This document shows, piece by piece, positions 29,033-43,735 of a DNA stretch of 64,000 nt. A model generated the notes under the pieces. It did not search any database. It was not told the origin of the DNA and saw only the letters and a program-made list of their open reading frames with translations. Where the stretch lies: assembly GCF_009914755.1 (NCBI RefSeq), contig NC_060928.1; one strand, given 5' to 3'. A program made the position numbers and the translations under genes. This DNA comes from the human T2T-CHM13v2.0 reference genome, Homo sapiens. Position 1 is the stretch's first letter; the number at the start of each line of letters is the position of its first letter.

Positions 29033-30328
29033 AAAAAGGAGCAATGGTGTCTAGGACAGAGACTATATATAAGTTTATGACATGGACTTTACCCCATCAA
29101 GGCTGATCTGGCTGTTACAGCTGCTACATGGTCAATATGTTAATAGCAGATGTCAACCTGACCCCTCCTCAGCATGGCATCAGTCCCTAAGATTCTAGCC
29201 AGCCACAGGTACATTACATACATCACCTTTCATCATACAGCATGCATTCTTTTTTTCATAGTACATATGATTTAAAAAAACTCAGAGTTTTCCACATCTT
29301 CTCTTTATTATTTCTGGTGACATCAAAATCTGTGAACATGAAGGACCCATAGTCAAATCATGATATTAATCTCAATATTGAGTATGAACAGGAAATATAT
29401 TCACAGCCAAGGAAATGCAACAAGTTCTAATGTCTATGAAATGTGCTGATTTTATAAAATTCCCCATTATCTAATGAAGATCCTGAAAGTTTTACCTGAG
29501 AGACAAAACTGATTTTATAGTCTTAAAGAATGCAGTATGTGCTTTAAATTAGAATCTGATAGCAAATATCTTCCATATTTTAGTTTAAGTACATGGGTCT
29601 AGAATTAAGGAATTTAAAAAGGGAATGAATTCTCTCAAAAATATGCTCCATTATTTTTCCTGAACTATTTTTTTTATCATTGCAACCTTAAGGCAATTTG
29701 AAGATTGTCAATCACAAGAGAGGAATATGGGATCCAAATATGGGAATATGGGATTCATATTACCTATGGATTTGGCCACAATTAACTTAGATTGGAAACT
29801 GAGAGTGCCTCTTGATTATTCTGAGCTACTGTGTTTTAGACTTTGGCCAGAGAAAGCATTACTCTCCTGGCTGTGGTTATTGATCCAAAATACCAAAGAT
29901 AAACTAGGATGCTAAAATATGTTGAGTATAGTCTAAATTATAGCTAATATCTGCATATTACAATAACGTATCTTAATGCTTTGGTATTCAATAATAAAAT
30001 TCAGTGAAAAGTAATGGCAAATCATTAAGACAAAACATATTATTACATTGATTTGAAATTGATGAAATTTTGGATAATTCTACCAGCTAAAGAACTTTGA
30101 CCAGAGGAAGTGCTGCCAGAGAATAAGGGACACATGCAATGTTTACGAACAAAATAAGTTAAACAACTAACTTCAGCCTCCTGATTAACTCTAAAGGATG
30201 ATCTTATAAGAGCTGTGCAAAAGCACTCCAGCTGATGTGACCTGGTGTCTGCTGTGTGAGGGATGAGACTTTCCACATTTGACTCATCTGAATAGTTTTT
30301 CTAACAGCTGTTAGGGAAAGTTGATCCT

Positions 30329-30331
<3 letters not shown>

Positions 30332-30374
<43 letters not shown>

Positions 30375-30417
30375 CTGTATGTGTGTGTGTTTGTGCATGT
30401 GTGTCTGTGTGTGTGTA
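30332..30417. repeat. (CT)n followed by imperfect (GT)n microsatellite
   Basis: Directly visible. Confidence 0.9.
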
Positions 30418-30828
30418 TCCATGTATATCCTGCAGTTACACTGACTAATCCAGTTTGCATTACTCAGGAATTTTTGCCAGCTGGTCTTCTAATAATATTC
30501 AGACAAAGAGAGATAACTGCAGAATATCAAAGAGAAGGAGGAGAGAAAGCAGCTCCTATCTTACCTGCTCTTTTTCTACCTTGGCCTCGCCTCGCTTTCA
30601 GTGGCTGTGTCTCTCTGCAACCCCATCTCTTACCATGTTATCTTGTTTCCACAGTTCCACTTCTTAAGGAACTCTAAAATGTCACTTCTTTTACTTTTCC
30701 TTTCCAACCTAGGGTTGATGGAGAGTTTCTTCTCTTGGTAAGTCACAGTTCCTAATTTATTTTCTTAGCTCTGTCAACATTACTAGGAATAGTAACATCC
30801 TAAAGCTGAATTATCCTGGGGATACACC

Positions 30829-31547
30829 TGTAAATAAAATAAAGCCCCTCAGCTTTCAGGCAAAACAAAACAAACTTAGCAGCAAGGAGACCCCAGACAG
30901 ATTCAGTGGCTTTGGCAACGCTGGAGGTTAGTCGCACCTCATTACTCCCCTTCCCTATAACTGCCACAGGACTTTATTTTCTAGTAATTGAACAGACACC
31001 AGTTTCTGAAAAAAATGACTGAAAGATTTTTTCCACCAACGTTGACAGACTGTCTAACATCATGACTAGACTCCCCTCCCTTACTGTGGTTTCTCTAGGA
31101 CAGCTGACTGGACTTACAAAGCATTCTTTCCTAAGCAATAACGACTGACCACAGACTGGTTTGGACCAGCCCACGATGACTGTGCACAAGGCGCCTTTAC
31201 GCCCTCTGATTGACTTTTTGATGTAAAGAGACAAGTTTCAGTTCATTTTAATGTTAAGTCTCCATGCCAAAGTGAACATGGGATGAACATACAGGTTTGT
31301 TCACCATGCATGTGTTTGGCCTTCTTCATAAATATTCCTAGGATTATTATATATCCTACTGAATATGTATGCATTACTGGTCGGGTCCTGTTAGGCATAA
31401 AGCCCAGCCTCTTTTTTTTGTCTCTGAATCATATGCTTTTGGTATTAGCTGGAGACTCTGTTTCCTAGCCTGCAGATTATAACTCTTTGTAACAAATAAA
31501 TCTCTCTTTTTTTCTTCTTCCACATATCTCACAGTGTTTCATTAACC
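30829..31547 (+). mobile_element. MER4-group ERV1 solo LTR (MER39/LTR29/LTR48-like; subfamily uncertain)
   Basis: Starts tgtaaataaaataaagcccc; internal tttaatgttaagtctcc..aaagtgaacatgggatg; AATAAA near 31496. Confidence 0.6.
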
Positions 31548-32103
31548 CACTTTCCTGAAGCTCCTAAGCACCTACCTAGCTCCTAAACTGACAATTTCAA
31601 TATAATCCAGTAAATTATTATTATCCATGCATATATTTTAAAAAGTCAGTTGACTGGAATAATTGAGAGGGGAAAAGAGACAACCAAGTCTGACTCTTTA
31701 GTATTGAATTTAAGCTAAGTGTTGAGAGTATTCCTATTCAAAATGAACACACTGTTCCCTTTGTCCAGAAATCATGGCACAAGGGCTTTGAAAAGGTAGT
31801 TTTATGTAGACTATTTCCACTAAAAAACACACTGCGCAGAATTCCATTTGAGTTTGCCTTCTTCCCTACTTCTCAAATGACAGACTTCAAAAATAAATGG
31901 AGTACTATACCTATCCTTCAAGTTTGGACACTAAATAAAATAATTGTCTCAGATAGCCTAGAAAAAGTTTAAGGCACCTATACAAATTCAGAGCAAATGC
32001 TGAGAAAACACGTTAAAAAAAAAAAACAGGAGTTGATAACCATTTACCTAATATTAATTTTTTTTCTAAATGACAGACTAAGAAGGCAATCAAGCATAAC
32101 ATA

Positions 32104-32504
32104 TGCTATGGTCTGAATGTGCCCTTTAAAATTCATATATTGAAACTGAATTGCCAATGTGTTAGTACTAAGAGGTGGGCCTTTAAGAGGTGATAAGGTC
32201 ATGAGGGCAGAACCTTCATGAATGAAATTAGGGGCCTTATAAAAGGGTTTGGAAGAATGGGCTTCTTCTCTTCCACTCTTTGCCATGTAAGAACACAGCA
32301 TTGGCCCACTATTTATCTTCCATCTTTTCTGCCCTGTAAGAACACCAAGAAGGCACCTTTTATGGCCTTCAGCAGATGCCAAAACTGCTGGTATCTTGAT
32401 CTAGGACTTTTTAGCTTCCAGAATTGTGTGAAAATAAATTTCTCTTCTCTATAGATTGATGAATCTCTGTTATTTTTTTGTAACAGCAGAAGTAGGTTGA
32501 GACA
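32104..32504 (+). mobile_element. MaLR solo LTR (MST/MLT1A-type)
   Basis: tgctatggtctgaatgt...gaggtgggcctttaagaggtgat...ccagaattgtgtgaaaataaattt...gagaca. Confidence 0.85.
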
Positions 32505-33699
32505 ATATGTGAATCTCCAAAAGAGAATATTTGAAATAAAATAAGAATGTGAGGGTAATAGATACTAGATCCAAAATCCGATTAGGAAACAAAATGATAA
32601 AAGATATAGGTGAGATGTTAAATTAATTTGAAATAACACTTGAAAGAATTGATAAATAAATTAGAAACAGAAATCAAGGCTTATGGCATTAAAGTGAATT
32701 TACTAATTGAAATTATTTAAGGCAATCTCAATGAGCTAAGAATAGTAAAAATTAATTAAAACAATTAGACAAAAAATAATACAGAATGAGGATAGTCAAA
32801 ATATTTTAACATAGGGACAACTGAAATCTGATGTCCCAAAAGCAGAGAAAAAATGGAACTGAAAATTATCCTAATAATCAAACAAAAATTAATTTCTAGC
32901 ATAAAAAATGAATATATTAAATCTTGGATTAGCTGTGTTATAAAGACACACTATTAGCCTGGAAAATGTATAAAATATATAAAAATATATTAAAATTAAG
33001 CTTCTGAGTTTAAAATGTAATGATTTTTTTCTAGTCAAAATGGAAACTTTAAAAAAAAAATATTTGACAGATCTTAAAAACTCTTTAGTAGCATTTAAAG
33101 CTGGAAGACTGAATATTATTTACGCAGTTCTGAAGGGAAGAACGTGAGAGCTAAGTATATGATATTAAGATTTAGATTATGGTCATTCTCACATAAATGC
33201 AATGAGTAAATATTGCCAAACTTGATGAGAATTAATATCCATGAGTCTTTATTGAAAGCAAATTCTGTATGACATGTTCAAACCAGAAAAAATTCAAAAT
33301 ATTCTGGAATAATCTCTGATTCAATGGTGAACACTGAATTCCTTCAAATATAGCAAAAAGACCAAAGAAATGTGAAGCAAATAAGTGTCAGAACTATTGA
33401 CAAGTTATAATTATGACATAAATGATATAAATTGGAGATGAAATTACTTCCATAGCAGAAGTTTAGCTAATGGCTAAAATTAAAATGCGTGGTTAAAAAT
33501 AATGACTAAAACTATGCATACATATATCATACTATTTCTTAATGTTAGAGACATCTATCAGAGAAAAAAACTATATAAAGATATATATCTAAAATTCAGT
33601 AGAGATTAGAGTTCCATTTCAATATCTTTCAGCTAAATCAAATAAAATTATATTTAAAATTTTATTTAAAAATCCACAAATAGTACTAATCCATGAGTG

Positions 33700-34191
33700 T
33701 GGATAACCCCCAAAAAATGGCTATCACACTGGCCGTTTGCTCTTCCTGGTGGAGGGCAGCTGCCCCACATGACAAGGCAAAGGGCCCACTTAGCTGTTAA
33801 CACCTAAGCCATCCACAGATGGCTGAGCTGAAAGGGCACTGTAACACACCCTCTGGAGCTTCAGGGGGTCACAGGCATCTCTACCTAGATTCTGCCATGG
33901 GGCCCGCACACAGTTTGCTCATGCTGGCGCCCAAAAGCAGCTGGCCAGACCCCATACTCACTTGCCTAGGTGCTCCTTCCTACAATGAGTTGAGCCAGGC
34001 AAGGTGAGTAAATGGAGTTTGTTCCAGCCAGTGTCCAAAAGTGGTTGTCCAGTTCCTGCACTTGCTCACTCCCGGTTCCTACACTTGTTTGCTTGCATGC
34101 TCCCTCCTGCAAGGGATACAAGGACAGGCTGAGTAAATGAGACACCCCTGTTGTGAGTCCCACAAAGGGGTCAAGAAAATATCCTGCATCA
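33700..34191 (+). mobile_element. ERV1 LTR 3' portion (LTR28/LTR27/MER52 family)
   Basis: gagctgaaagggcactgtaacac...cccctgttgtgagtcccacaaaggggtcaagaaaatatcctgcatca. Confidence 0.7.
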
Positions 34192-34488
34192 ATAGGTTAG
34201 ACTTTATACACAATGGTACTTATCTGGAGGTTTATTAATGACTGCTCTTAAGATATTTTGAAAATTCACTCTTGTCATTATGTTTACATTCATATCCACA
34301 GCTGCCCCTTTGACTTTTATGTGAATGATGTCATTAGGCTGATGAGCAAATATGGGAACTCACACCATACAGACCTATGATAAGTAGCTTTATATATCCC
34401 ATTATTTACACCACAAATGATAAATGCTTTCTTTTTGAGATGACCTACTTTGTGGAACGGATGAGAATGAGATAAGGATTTCATTCAA

Positions 34489-37400
34489 GGGCAGGGCCAA
34501 GATGATGAACTACAAGCAGCTCATGTGTGCTGCTCTCAGAAACAGGAAACAAAAGGGTTAGTGGACCCTGACCCTGCAAGTCAATTATTTGAGAAACCAT
34601 GTTGGGATCCATCAAAACAGCAGAGGAACACAGAGAGCAGAGAGGAGCAAACCTGGGCACTGACCTGTCTAGGCTTAGAACGGAGCAAGGAGAACCTCTC
34701 CAACACGAGAAAGGAAGAGTGAGTGACAGCTCCAAGAGGGATTAATGCTGTCCATAGGGACCTGTGCAAGAATGGGAATGGGAAAATCTCCCTTCTCCCC
34801 TCCCCAGCACCCCTGTAGTGTGCTTCTTGATTGAGGCATAGAGCCACTCAAACATTTTGCCAGGTGAACTTACAAGGACATTTTATAAGCTTTAGGCCCA
34901 AGAGAAGACCAGCAAAGATGCCACAGGTAAAATAGAAGACACAGTTGTGGTGCCTGGGAGCAGTAAGATTGTTCCCTTTGCTGGAAGGGGCTTAGCACCA
35001 TTTTCCAGCCCAGCTGTCCTGCTTTGGCCCAAACTTGGCTGGCTACTCTACCAACCCAGCTACTAGTAGCCAAGTGGGAAACACTTACTCGAGATTCCAG
35101 CCCACTGATCACATTTTAGTGTAAACTCAGCTGGAGTGCATAGTCTCCTCATGTCCCAGGAAACACCCAGATGGCAGGGCATGTGACCTCACTCAACCAC
35201 ACCAATTATAGCCAGATAAGCAATGCCTCTAGAACTTCTGGCCCAGTAGCTCTGCATCTGTGTGTACTCAGCTAGAGCATGCAGAATTCCATTGGTCTGG
35301 GAAACACCTAGGTGAAAGAGTTCATGAGGTTGCTCACCTCCATCACTAGTAGTCAGGTGGGCAATACCTGTTAGAGCTTCTGACCCAGCGGTCCTGCTTC
35401 TGTGGGAATTCAGGTAGTAGGTAGAGCCTCTTGTTGTCCCAGGAAGCACCCATACAAGAGGGCAGGTGTCCCCCACAATTACTGCTGCTGATAGCCGGGC
35501 AAGCCAAACCTGCTAGAACTTTCTGCCCAGCAGTTCTACTGCTGGCTGAATTTGCTGGGCAGCATATCCTGCTACTGCCTTGGAAACACCCAGACTACAG
35601 GGCAGACAACTCCAGTCACCGCTACCTCCAATAGTCGGATGGGCCATACCTGTTTAGAGCTTCCAATCAGTATCCCCCCTTCCATCTGAATTCTACTGAC
35701 AGGTGTAACCCTGGGCTGCTCCAGAAAGTATATAGACAACACATTAGGGCTAGCCTGTCAAGGATATTGCTTGTTTGCCAACAGTGGCCCCTGCCTGAGA
35801 AAGCCCCATGGACCAGAACAATCAACAATAGAAACAAGGATATGGAGATAGTAATTGGAGACAAAACACAAACCATCCACTATTCCAAACCCAGGAGTGG
35901 ACTAGAATTGAAGCCAGTCAACCAAAGCCACGTAATATCATACTCACTCACAGGAGAAAAAAGCAAACAATTCCATCCAAAGGACAGCAACTTCAAATAA
36001 TAAAGGAATATCAGTCCACACAAATGAGAAAGAATGAGTGCTACAAGTCTGGCAACTCAAAAGTGAGAGTGCCTTCTTCTTTCCAAATGACTGCACTAGT
36101 ACTCCAGCAAAGTTTATTAACTAGGCTGAAATGGCTAAAATGACAGAAATAGAATTTAAGATATGGATAGACATAAAGATCGTTGAGATTCAGGAGAATG
36201 TCAAAACCCAATTCAACAAAGCTAAGAATCACAATAAAACAATGCAGGAGCTGTAAGATGAAATAGCCATTATATAAAAGAATCAAACTGATCTGTTAGA
36301 GCTGAAAAACACACTACAAAAATTGCATAATGCAATCACAAATACTGAGGCAGAATACGCTAAGCTGAGGAAAGAATCTTAGAGCTTAATGATAGGCTCT
36401 TGAAATAACTCAGTCAGGCAAAAATAAATAAAAATAAATAATCTCTGAGAAATCTGGAATTATGTAAAGAGACAAAATATATGACTCATTGGCATCACTG
36501 ATAGAGATAGGGAGAGAGTAAGCAACTTGGAAACTATATTTCAGGATATCATCCATAAAACTTTCCCAAACTAACTAGAGAGGCCAACATTCAAATTCAA
36601 CAAATGCAGAGAACACCTGCAATTATGCATAAAAAAACACCTATCCCCAAAACACATAATCATCAGATTCTTCAAGGTTTAAATGAAATTAAAAAAATGT
36701 GAAAGGTGGCTAGAGAGAAGAGACTGTTCACCTACAAAGGGAACCTCTTCAGGCTGACAGCAGACTTTTAAACAGAAAATCTACAAGCCAGAAGAGTTTA
36801 GGGGCATATACTCAGAATTCTTCAAGGAGGAAATTTCCAAGCAAGATTTCCAGACAAATTGATGCATAATGAAGGAGAAATAAGATTCTTTTCAGATAAG
36901 TAAATTTTGAGCAAATTTACCACCAAACCTCACTTTAAAAGGTCCAGAAAGAAGTGATGAATATGGAAAGAGAAGATGGTTACCAACCACTACAAAAACA
37001 CATTTAAGTACTGAGATTACTGACACTATAAAGTAACCACACAAACTAGCCTGCATTATAATGAGCTAATGATACAACAACAGGATCAAATCTACACATA
37101 GCAATATTAACCTTCAATATAAATAGGCTAAGGGCCCCTCAAATGGCACAGAGTGACAAGCTGGATAAAGAAGCAAGACCCAATGTCATGCTATCTTCAA
37201 GAGATCCATCTCTCATGCTATGACATCCATAGGCTCAAAATAAAGGGATGGAGAAAAATCTACCAAACAAATAGAAAACAAAAAAAAAAAGGAGGGCCTG
37301 TAATCCTAATTATAGATCAGAAGGATTTTAACAAAGATAAAGAAGATTATTATATAATGGTAAAAGTTCCCATTCAACAAGAAGACCTATCTTAATTATG

Positions 37401-40020
37401 TATACACCCAACAATAGAGCACCCAGATTTATAAAGCAAGTTATTTTAAATCTATGAAGAGACTGAGATTCCTATACAATAATAGCGGGAGATCTCAACA
37501 CTATACTGACAATGTTAGACAGATCATCAAGGCAGAAAATTGACAAAGATATTCATGACCTGAACTCAAAACTTGACCAAATGGGCCTAATAGACATCTA
37601 CAGAAGTCTTCACCCAAAACAACAGAATATACATTCTTCTCATAGCCATGTGGCTCATACTTCAAAATTAACCACATAATCAGACAAAATACAATAATCA
37701 GCAAATTCAAACAAAAACCAAAATCATATCGACCATTCTCATAGACCAAGCACAATAGTAATAGAAATTAATAGTAAGAAAATCACTCAAAACCATACAA
37801 TTACATGTAAAATTAAAAAAAAACCTACTACTGAATGACTTTTGCAGAAATAAAGAAATTCTTTGAAACTATGAGAACAAAGATACAAAATACCAGATTC
37901 TCCAGAACACAGTTAAACAGTTTTAGAGGGAAGTTGATATCGTTGAATGCCTACATGAAACATTTTAAAATATTTCAAATTAGGAAACTAGCATCACAAC
38001 TAGAAGAACTAGGGAAGAAAGAGCAAACTAATCCCAGAGATATCAGAAGAAAAAAATCATCAATCACAGCTGAACTGAATAAAATTGAGATACAAAAAAA
38101 CAAACAAATGAACAACAAAAAATCAATGAATCCAGAAGTTAGTTCTTTGTAAGAATTAAAAAGAAAAATACACTTCTAGCTAGAGTAAAAAGAAATGAAA
38201 AGAGAGAATATCCAAATAATCACAATTACAAACAACAGAGGGGATTTTTCCACCAACTACACAGAAAAACAAAACAAAACAAAAATCAGAGCCTAAAATG
38301 AAAACAATACTCCAAGCACACAAATTACAAAATCCAGAGTAAATAGATAAATTTATAGACACATTCAGCCTACCAAGTCTGAACGCAGAAGAAATTAAAT
38401 CCCTAAACAGACTAACAGCAAGTTCTGAAACTGAATAAGTAATAAAAAGTCTTCCCATCAAAAATAGCCCAGGACCAGGTGGAGTCACAGCCAAATTCTA
38501 CCAGATGTATCTAGAAAAGATGATACCACAATTTCTTGAGAAAGAGGTATTGCTTCCCAACTCACTGTATGAAGACAGCATCATCCTGATACCAAAACCA
38601 GCAAAGATACAACAAAAAATGAAAACCTCACCCCAGTATCCTTGATGAACATAGATGCAAAAATCCTTAAAAAAATACCCGCAAACTAAATCCAGAAGCA
38701 CATCAAAAAGCTAATCCACCATAATCAAGTAAGCTTTATTCATGGGGTGCAAGGTTGACTCAACATATGGAAATCAATAAATATGGTTCATCTCATAAAC
38801 AGAACTAAACACAAAAAATGATTATTTCAACAGATGCAGAAAAGACTTTCAATAAAATTCAACACTCTTCAAGTTAAAAGCCCTCAGTAAAAATAAGCAT
38901 TGGAGGAACATACCTCAAAATAATAAAAGCCATCTATGACAAAACGACTGCCAACATAATATGTAGTGGGCAAAAGTTGGAAGCATTCCCCTTGAAAACT
39001 GGCACAAGACAAGGATGCCCTCTCTCACCCCTCTTATTTAACATGGTACTGGAAGTCCTGGCTAGAGATATCAGGCAAAGGAAATAAATATAAGGCATCC
39101 AAATAGAAAGAGGAAAGTCAAACTCTCCATGTCTGCAGATGGCAAGATTCTATGTCTAGAAAACCACAAAGTCTGCCCAAAAGCTTCTTGTTCTGAGAAA
39201 CAACTTCAGCAAAGTCTCAGGACACAAAACCAAAGTTCAAAAACCAGTATAATTTCTACACACCAACATCCTTCATGTTGAGAGCCAAATCAGGTACATA
39301 ATCCCATTCAAAATTGACACAAAAAGAATAAAATACTTAGGAATACAGCTAACCAGGTAGGTGGAAGATCTTTACAATGAGAACCACAAAACACTCCTCA
39401 AAGAAATCAGAGAAGACACAAACAAGTGGAAAAACATCTCATGCTTATGGATAAGAATCAGCGTTGTTAAAATGGCCATACTCTCCACAGCAGTTTACCA
39501 GATTCAATATTATTTCTGTCAAACTACCAATGGCATTCTTCCCAGAATTAGAAAAAGAAAAACTATTTTCAAATTCATATGGAACCAAAAAGAGCCCAAA
39601 TAGCCAAGGCAATTCCAAATAAAAAGAAAAAAGCTGGAGGCATCACATTACCTTAGTTCAGACTATACTACTGGACTATAGTAACCAAAACAGCATGCTA
39701 CTAGTATTAAAGCAGGCACATAAACCAATGGATCAGCATAGACAGCCCAGAAGTAATGTTGCACACCTACAACCATCTGATCTTTAACAAAACTGACAAA
39801 AGCAAGCAATTGGGAAAACATTATCTATTAAATAATTGATGTTGGGATAGCTGGTTAGCTATATGCAGAATGAAACGGGGACACTTCCTTTCACCATATA
39901 CAAACATCAACTCAAGATGGAAGAAAGACAAATGTAAAACCAAAAACTATAAATAGGCGGGAAGATAACCTAGGAAATATCATTCTGGACACAGGAATTG
40001 GCCAAGATTTTATGGCAAAG
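34489..40020 (+). mobile_element. Old primate L1 (L1P4/L1PA15-16-like): 5'UTR, ORF1 and most of ORF2; 3' end missing
   Basis: 5' start gggcagggccaagatg; ORF1 remnants ~36020-36990; endonuclease WIKKQDP..YLQEIHL..HRLKIKGW (37153..37395); [14 protein letters not shown] near 38996; many stops and frameshifts. Confidence 0.88.
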
Positions 40021-40980
40021 GTCCAGCTTAAATTTTCACTTTAAGCTGGTCCCAGCTATGTTCTGTGTACGACGTTTTTTTTTTTTTTTGGATTACATTA
40101 TATTTCTTTTACAAAAAAACTCATTTCTTTTTTGGTGGCTGCATATTGTTTTTGTAATTGTTTTTTCAAGATTCAAGTTAAGCATACAGGTATTTATATT
40201 ACAATCCCTTTATACTGAAATATAAAAATAGGTTGCTTTGTTTTTAAATCTTGCCTCTGATAAATTTTACTTAATATATGCAGGTAGAGTTTTTGGCATT
40301 AAGTCTCATTATCATGCATGTCTTCTCATTATTGTCCAGAAAATATAATTGTAAGTTCATTATAAGAATGAGAAAATATCTGAAATGCATGCAAATGTAA
40401 ATGCCTCCTCTAGAACAGAGTTTCAACTACTAACATATGATAATCTTAATGGAAATTAATTTTTGATATTATATGTTTAAATAAAATCTGTGATTAGTGG
40501 TATGTTTTGGGAATAAACAGACAATAGGTTAGTACCCAGCTATTTAAAAATCTTCTTTTTCATTTCTGCTTGAAAGTATATCTCCCATGGTTTTATTTCT
40601 GCTCCGCAATGCTTAGCATCTACATTAATGAAGTAGTTAGGAAGCCCTATATGATCTGATAGTGGTATGCATTTCTGAGGTTGCGTTCTTCTGAACCTTA
40701 GTGCCCAGTGCTGAATTGTGCCCATTGTTTCAATTCCTTATGAGGCCACATTTCACCAAGGCAGCGTTTGTAGCCAAATGTCATCGCAGCTATAGCTGAA
40801 ATTTTATACAGTGAACAGGGAATGTAGAGTGTTATAAGAATCCATTGAGTAAAATTCAATGACCATTTGTTGAGCATTTATTTTATGCAAGTTTTTATTA
40901 ACATAAAGTATAATATTTATTAATATATTGTATTATAAGATTTATAGTAATATAGTACATAAAATACGTATGTTTTAATG

Positions 40981-42305
40981 TATTTTATTTTTTTTATTAT
41001 TATACTTTAAGTTCTAGGGTACATGTGTACAATGTGCAGGTTTGTTACATATGTATACATGTGCCATGTTGGTGTCCTGTACCCATTAACTCATCATTTA
41101 CATTAGGTATATCTCCTAATGCTATCCCTATGCCCTCCCCCAACCCCAAGACAGGCCCCGGTGTGTGATGTTCCCCTTCCTGTGGCCAACTGTTCTCATT
41201 GTTCAATTCCCACCTATGAGTGAGAACATGTGGTGTTTGGTTTTTTGTCCTTGTGATAGTTTGCTGAGAATGATGGTTTCCAGCTTCAACCATGTCCCTA
41301 CAAAGGACATGAACTCGTTCTTTTTTATGGCTGAATAGTATTCCATGGTGTAGATTTGCCACATTTTCTTAATCCAGTCTATCATTGATGGGCATTTGGT
41401 TTGGTTCCAAGTCTTTGCTATTGTGAATATTGCCACAATAAACATACGTGTGCATGTGTCTTTCTAGCAGCATGATTTATAATCCTTTGGGTATATACCC
41501 AGTAATGGGATGGCTGGGTCAAATGTGATTTCTAGTTCTAGATCCTTGAGGAATCACCACACTGTCTTCCAAAATGGTGGAACTAGTTTCCAGTCCCACC
41601 AACAGTGTAAAAGTGTTCCAATTTCTCCACATCCTCTCCAGCACCTGTTGTTTCCTGACTTTTTAATGACCACCATTCTAACCGGTGTGAGATAGTATCC
41701 CATTGTGGTTTTGATTTGCATTTCTCTGATGGCCAGTGATGATGAGCATTTTTTCATGTGTCTGTTGGCTGCATAAATGTCTTCTTTTGAGAAGTGTTTG
41801 TTCATATCCTTCACCCACTTTTTGATGGGGTTGTTTTATTTTTTTTCTTCTAAATTTGTTTAAGTTCTTTGTAGATTCTGGATATTAGCTCTTTGTCAGA
41901 TGGGTAGATTGCAAAAATTTTCTCCCATTCTATAGGTTGCTTATTCACTCTGATGGTAGACCATCTGATCTTTGACAAATCTGACAAAAACAAGAAATGG
42001 GGAAACGATTCCCTATTTAATAAATGGTGCTGGGAAAACTGGCTAGCCATATGTAGAAAGCTGAAACTGGATCCCTTCCTTACACCTTATACAAAAATTA
42101 ATTTGAGCTGGATAAAAGACTTAAATGTTAGATCTAAAACAATAAAAACCCTAGAAGAAAACCTAGGCAATACCATTCAGGACATAGGCATGGGCAAGGG
42201 CTTCATGTCTAAAACACCAAAAGCCATGGCAGCAAAAGCCAAAATTGACAAATGGGATCTAATTAAACTGAGGAGCTTCTGCACATCAAAAGAAACTACC
42301 ATCAG
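40981..42305 (-). mobile_element. L1PA4/5-like insertion with 5' inversion (twin priming)
   Basis: Poly-T plus 3'UTR/ORF2 C-terminus on minus 40981-41959; inverted ORF2 block on + 41960-42305; ctaccatcag duplicated at the inversion breakpoint. Confidence 0.9.
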
Positions 42306-42430
42306 TCTACACAATGTTTTAACTTTCATCTGGAAAGGGCACTGTTAGTCAATCTACCTTTCCAATTAGTAGAGTGGCCATGAGGATTGCAGTACTGATC
42401 TTCTGTGAATTTGAGCAAGGGCTTAGAAAA

Positions 42431-42787
42431 TGTATTAGTCTGTTTTCATGCTACTAATAAAGACATACCTAAGACTGCATAATTTATAAAGGAAAGAGAT
42501 TTGATTGACTCACAGTTTCACATGGCTTGGGAGGCCTCACAGTCATGGCTGAAGGCAAAGGAGGAGCAAATGCATGTCTTACATGGTGGCAGGCAATATA
42601 AGGTGTGCAAGGGAACTCCTCTTTATAAAACCATCAGATCTCATGAGACTTATTCACTATCACGAGAACGGCAGGGGAAGATCCACTCCCATGATCCAAT
42701 AACCTCCCAGCAGGTTTCTTCCGAGACACGTGGGAATTATGGGAGCTAAAATTTAAGATGGGGTGGTGACACAGCCAAACCATATCA
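42431..42787 (-). mobile_element. THE1-type MaLR solo LTR
   Basis: tgtattagtctgttttcatgct...acacagccaaaccatatca. Confidence 0.9.
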
Positions 42788-43373
42788 GGCAATAAAATTG
42801 ATGTTTCTTCTGTGAGATTTTTGACTGTTGATCTTGGAGAAAATAAACAACTCCATCCTCACCTAACTTTGTGCAAAATCTTATCTTTCTTGTGAAGGTA
42901 AAACTCTCTCTATTACCAAGGTGCAGCATCATAGAGGAAAAGAAATTTTTCACATATACTTCTAACTAGAAACAGTAAAGGAGTGTTAGAGACATAATTA
43001 GGCTGATTCTTTCTTCTGACAAGTAGAGCTGCCTAGTTTCCTGAAGAATCATTATGATTCTAATACTTACAGCTTAAATGCATTATCAGTAATCACAAGT
43101 AAAACCATGAAACAAAATTGGATTAGAAAATGAGTAAATGATAAAGAGTAGTTCTTCTCATGGTGCATGGAACTGTTACTTGAACAGCATAATTTAACCA
43201 ACCAAGAAAGCTGTTTGCAAAGATAATAAAATACTCTTTGGAAGGAAGCCCAAGAGAGTCCTGAGCTCTTTGCTTTTTAAATAAACAGTACGCCAATTTA
43301 CAATAAAAAATTATTGATAAAATGATCTTCATTTCTCTTAGGCAAGCATTGAGTATTATTTTCTTCATGTTGA

Positions 43374-43735
<362 letters not shown>

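Noticed and set aside
40540-40725. 61-aa minus-strand ORF in unique sequence as a novel gene or retrocopy
   Set aside because: No recognisable homology or exon structure, and its length is expected by chance.
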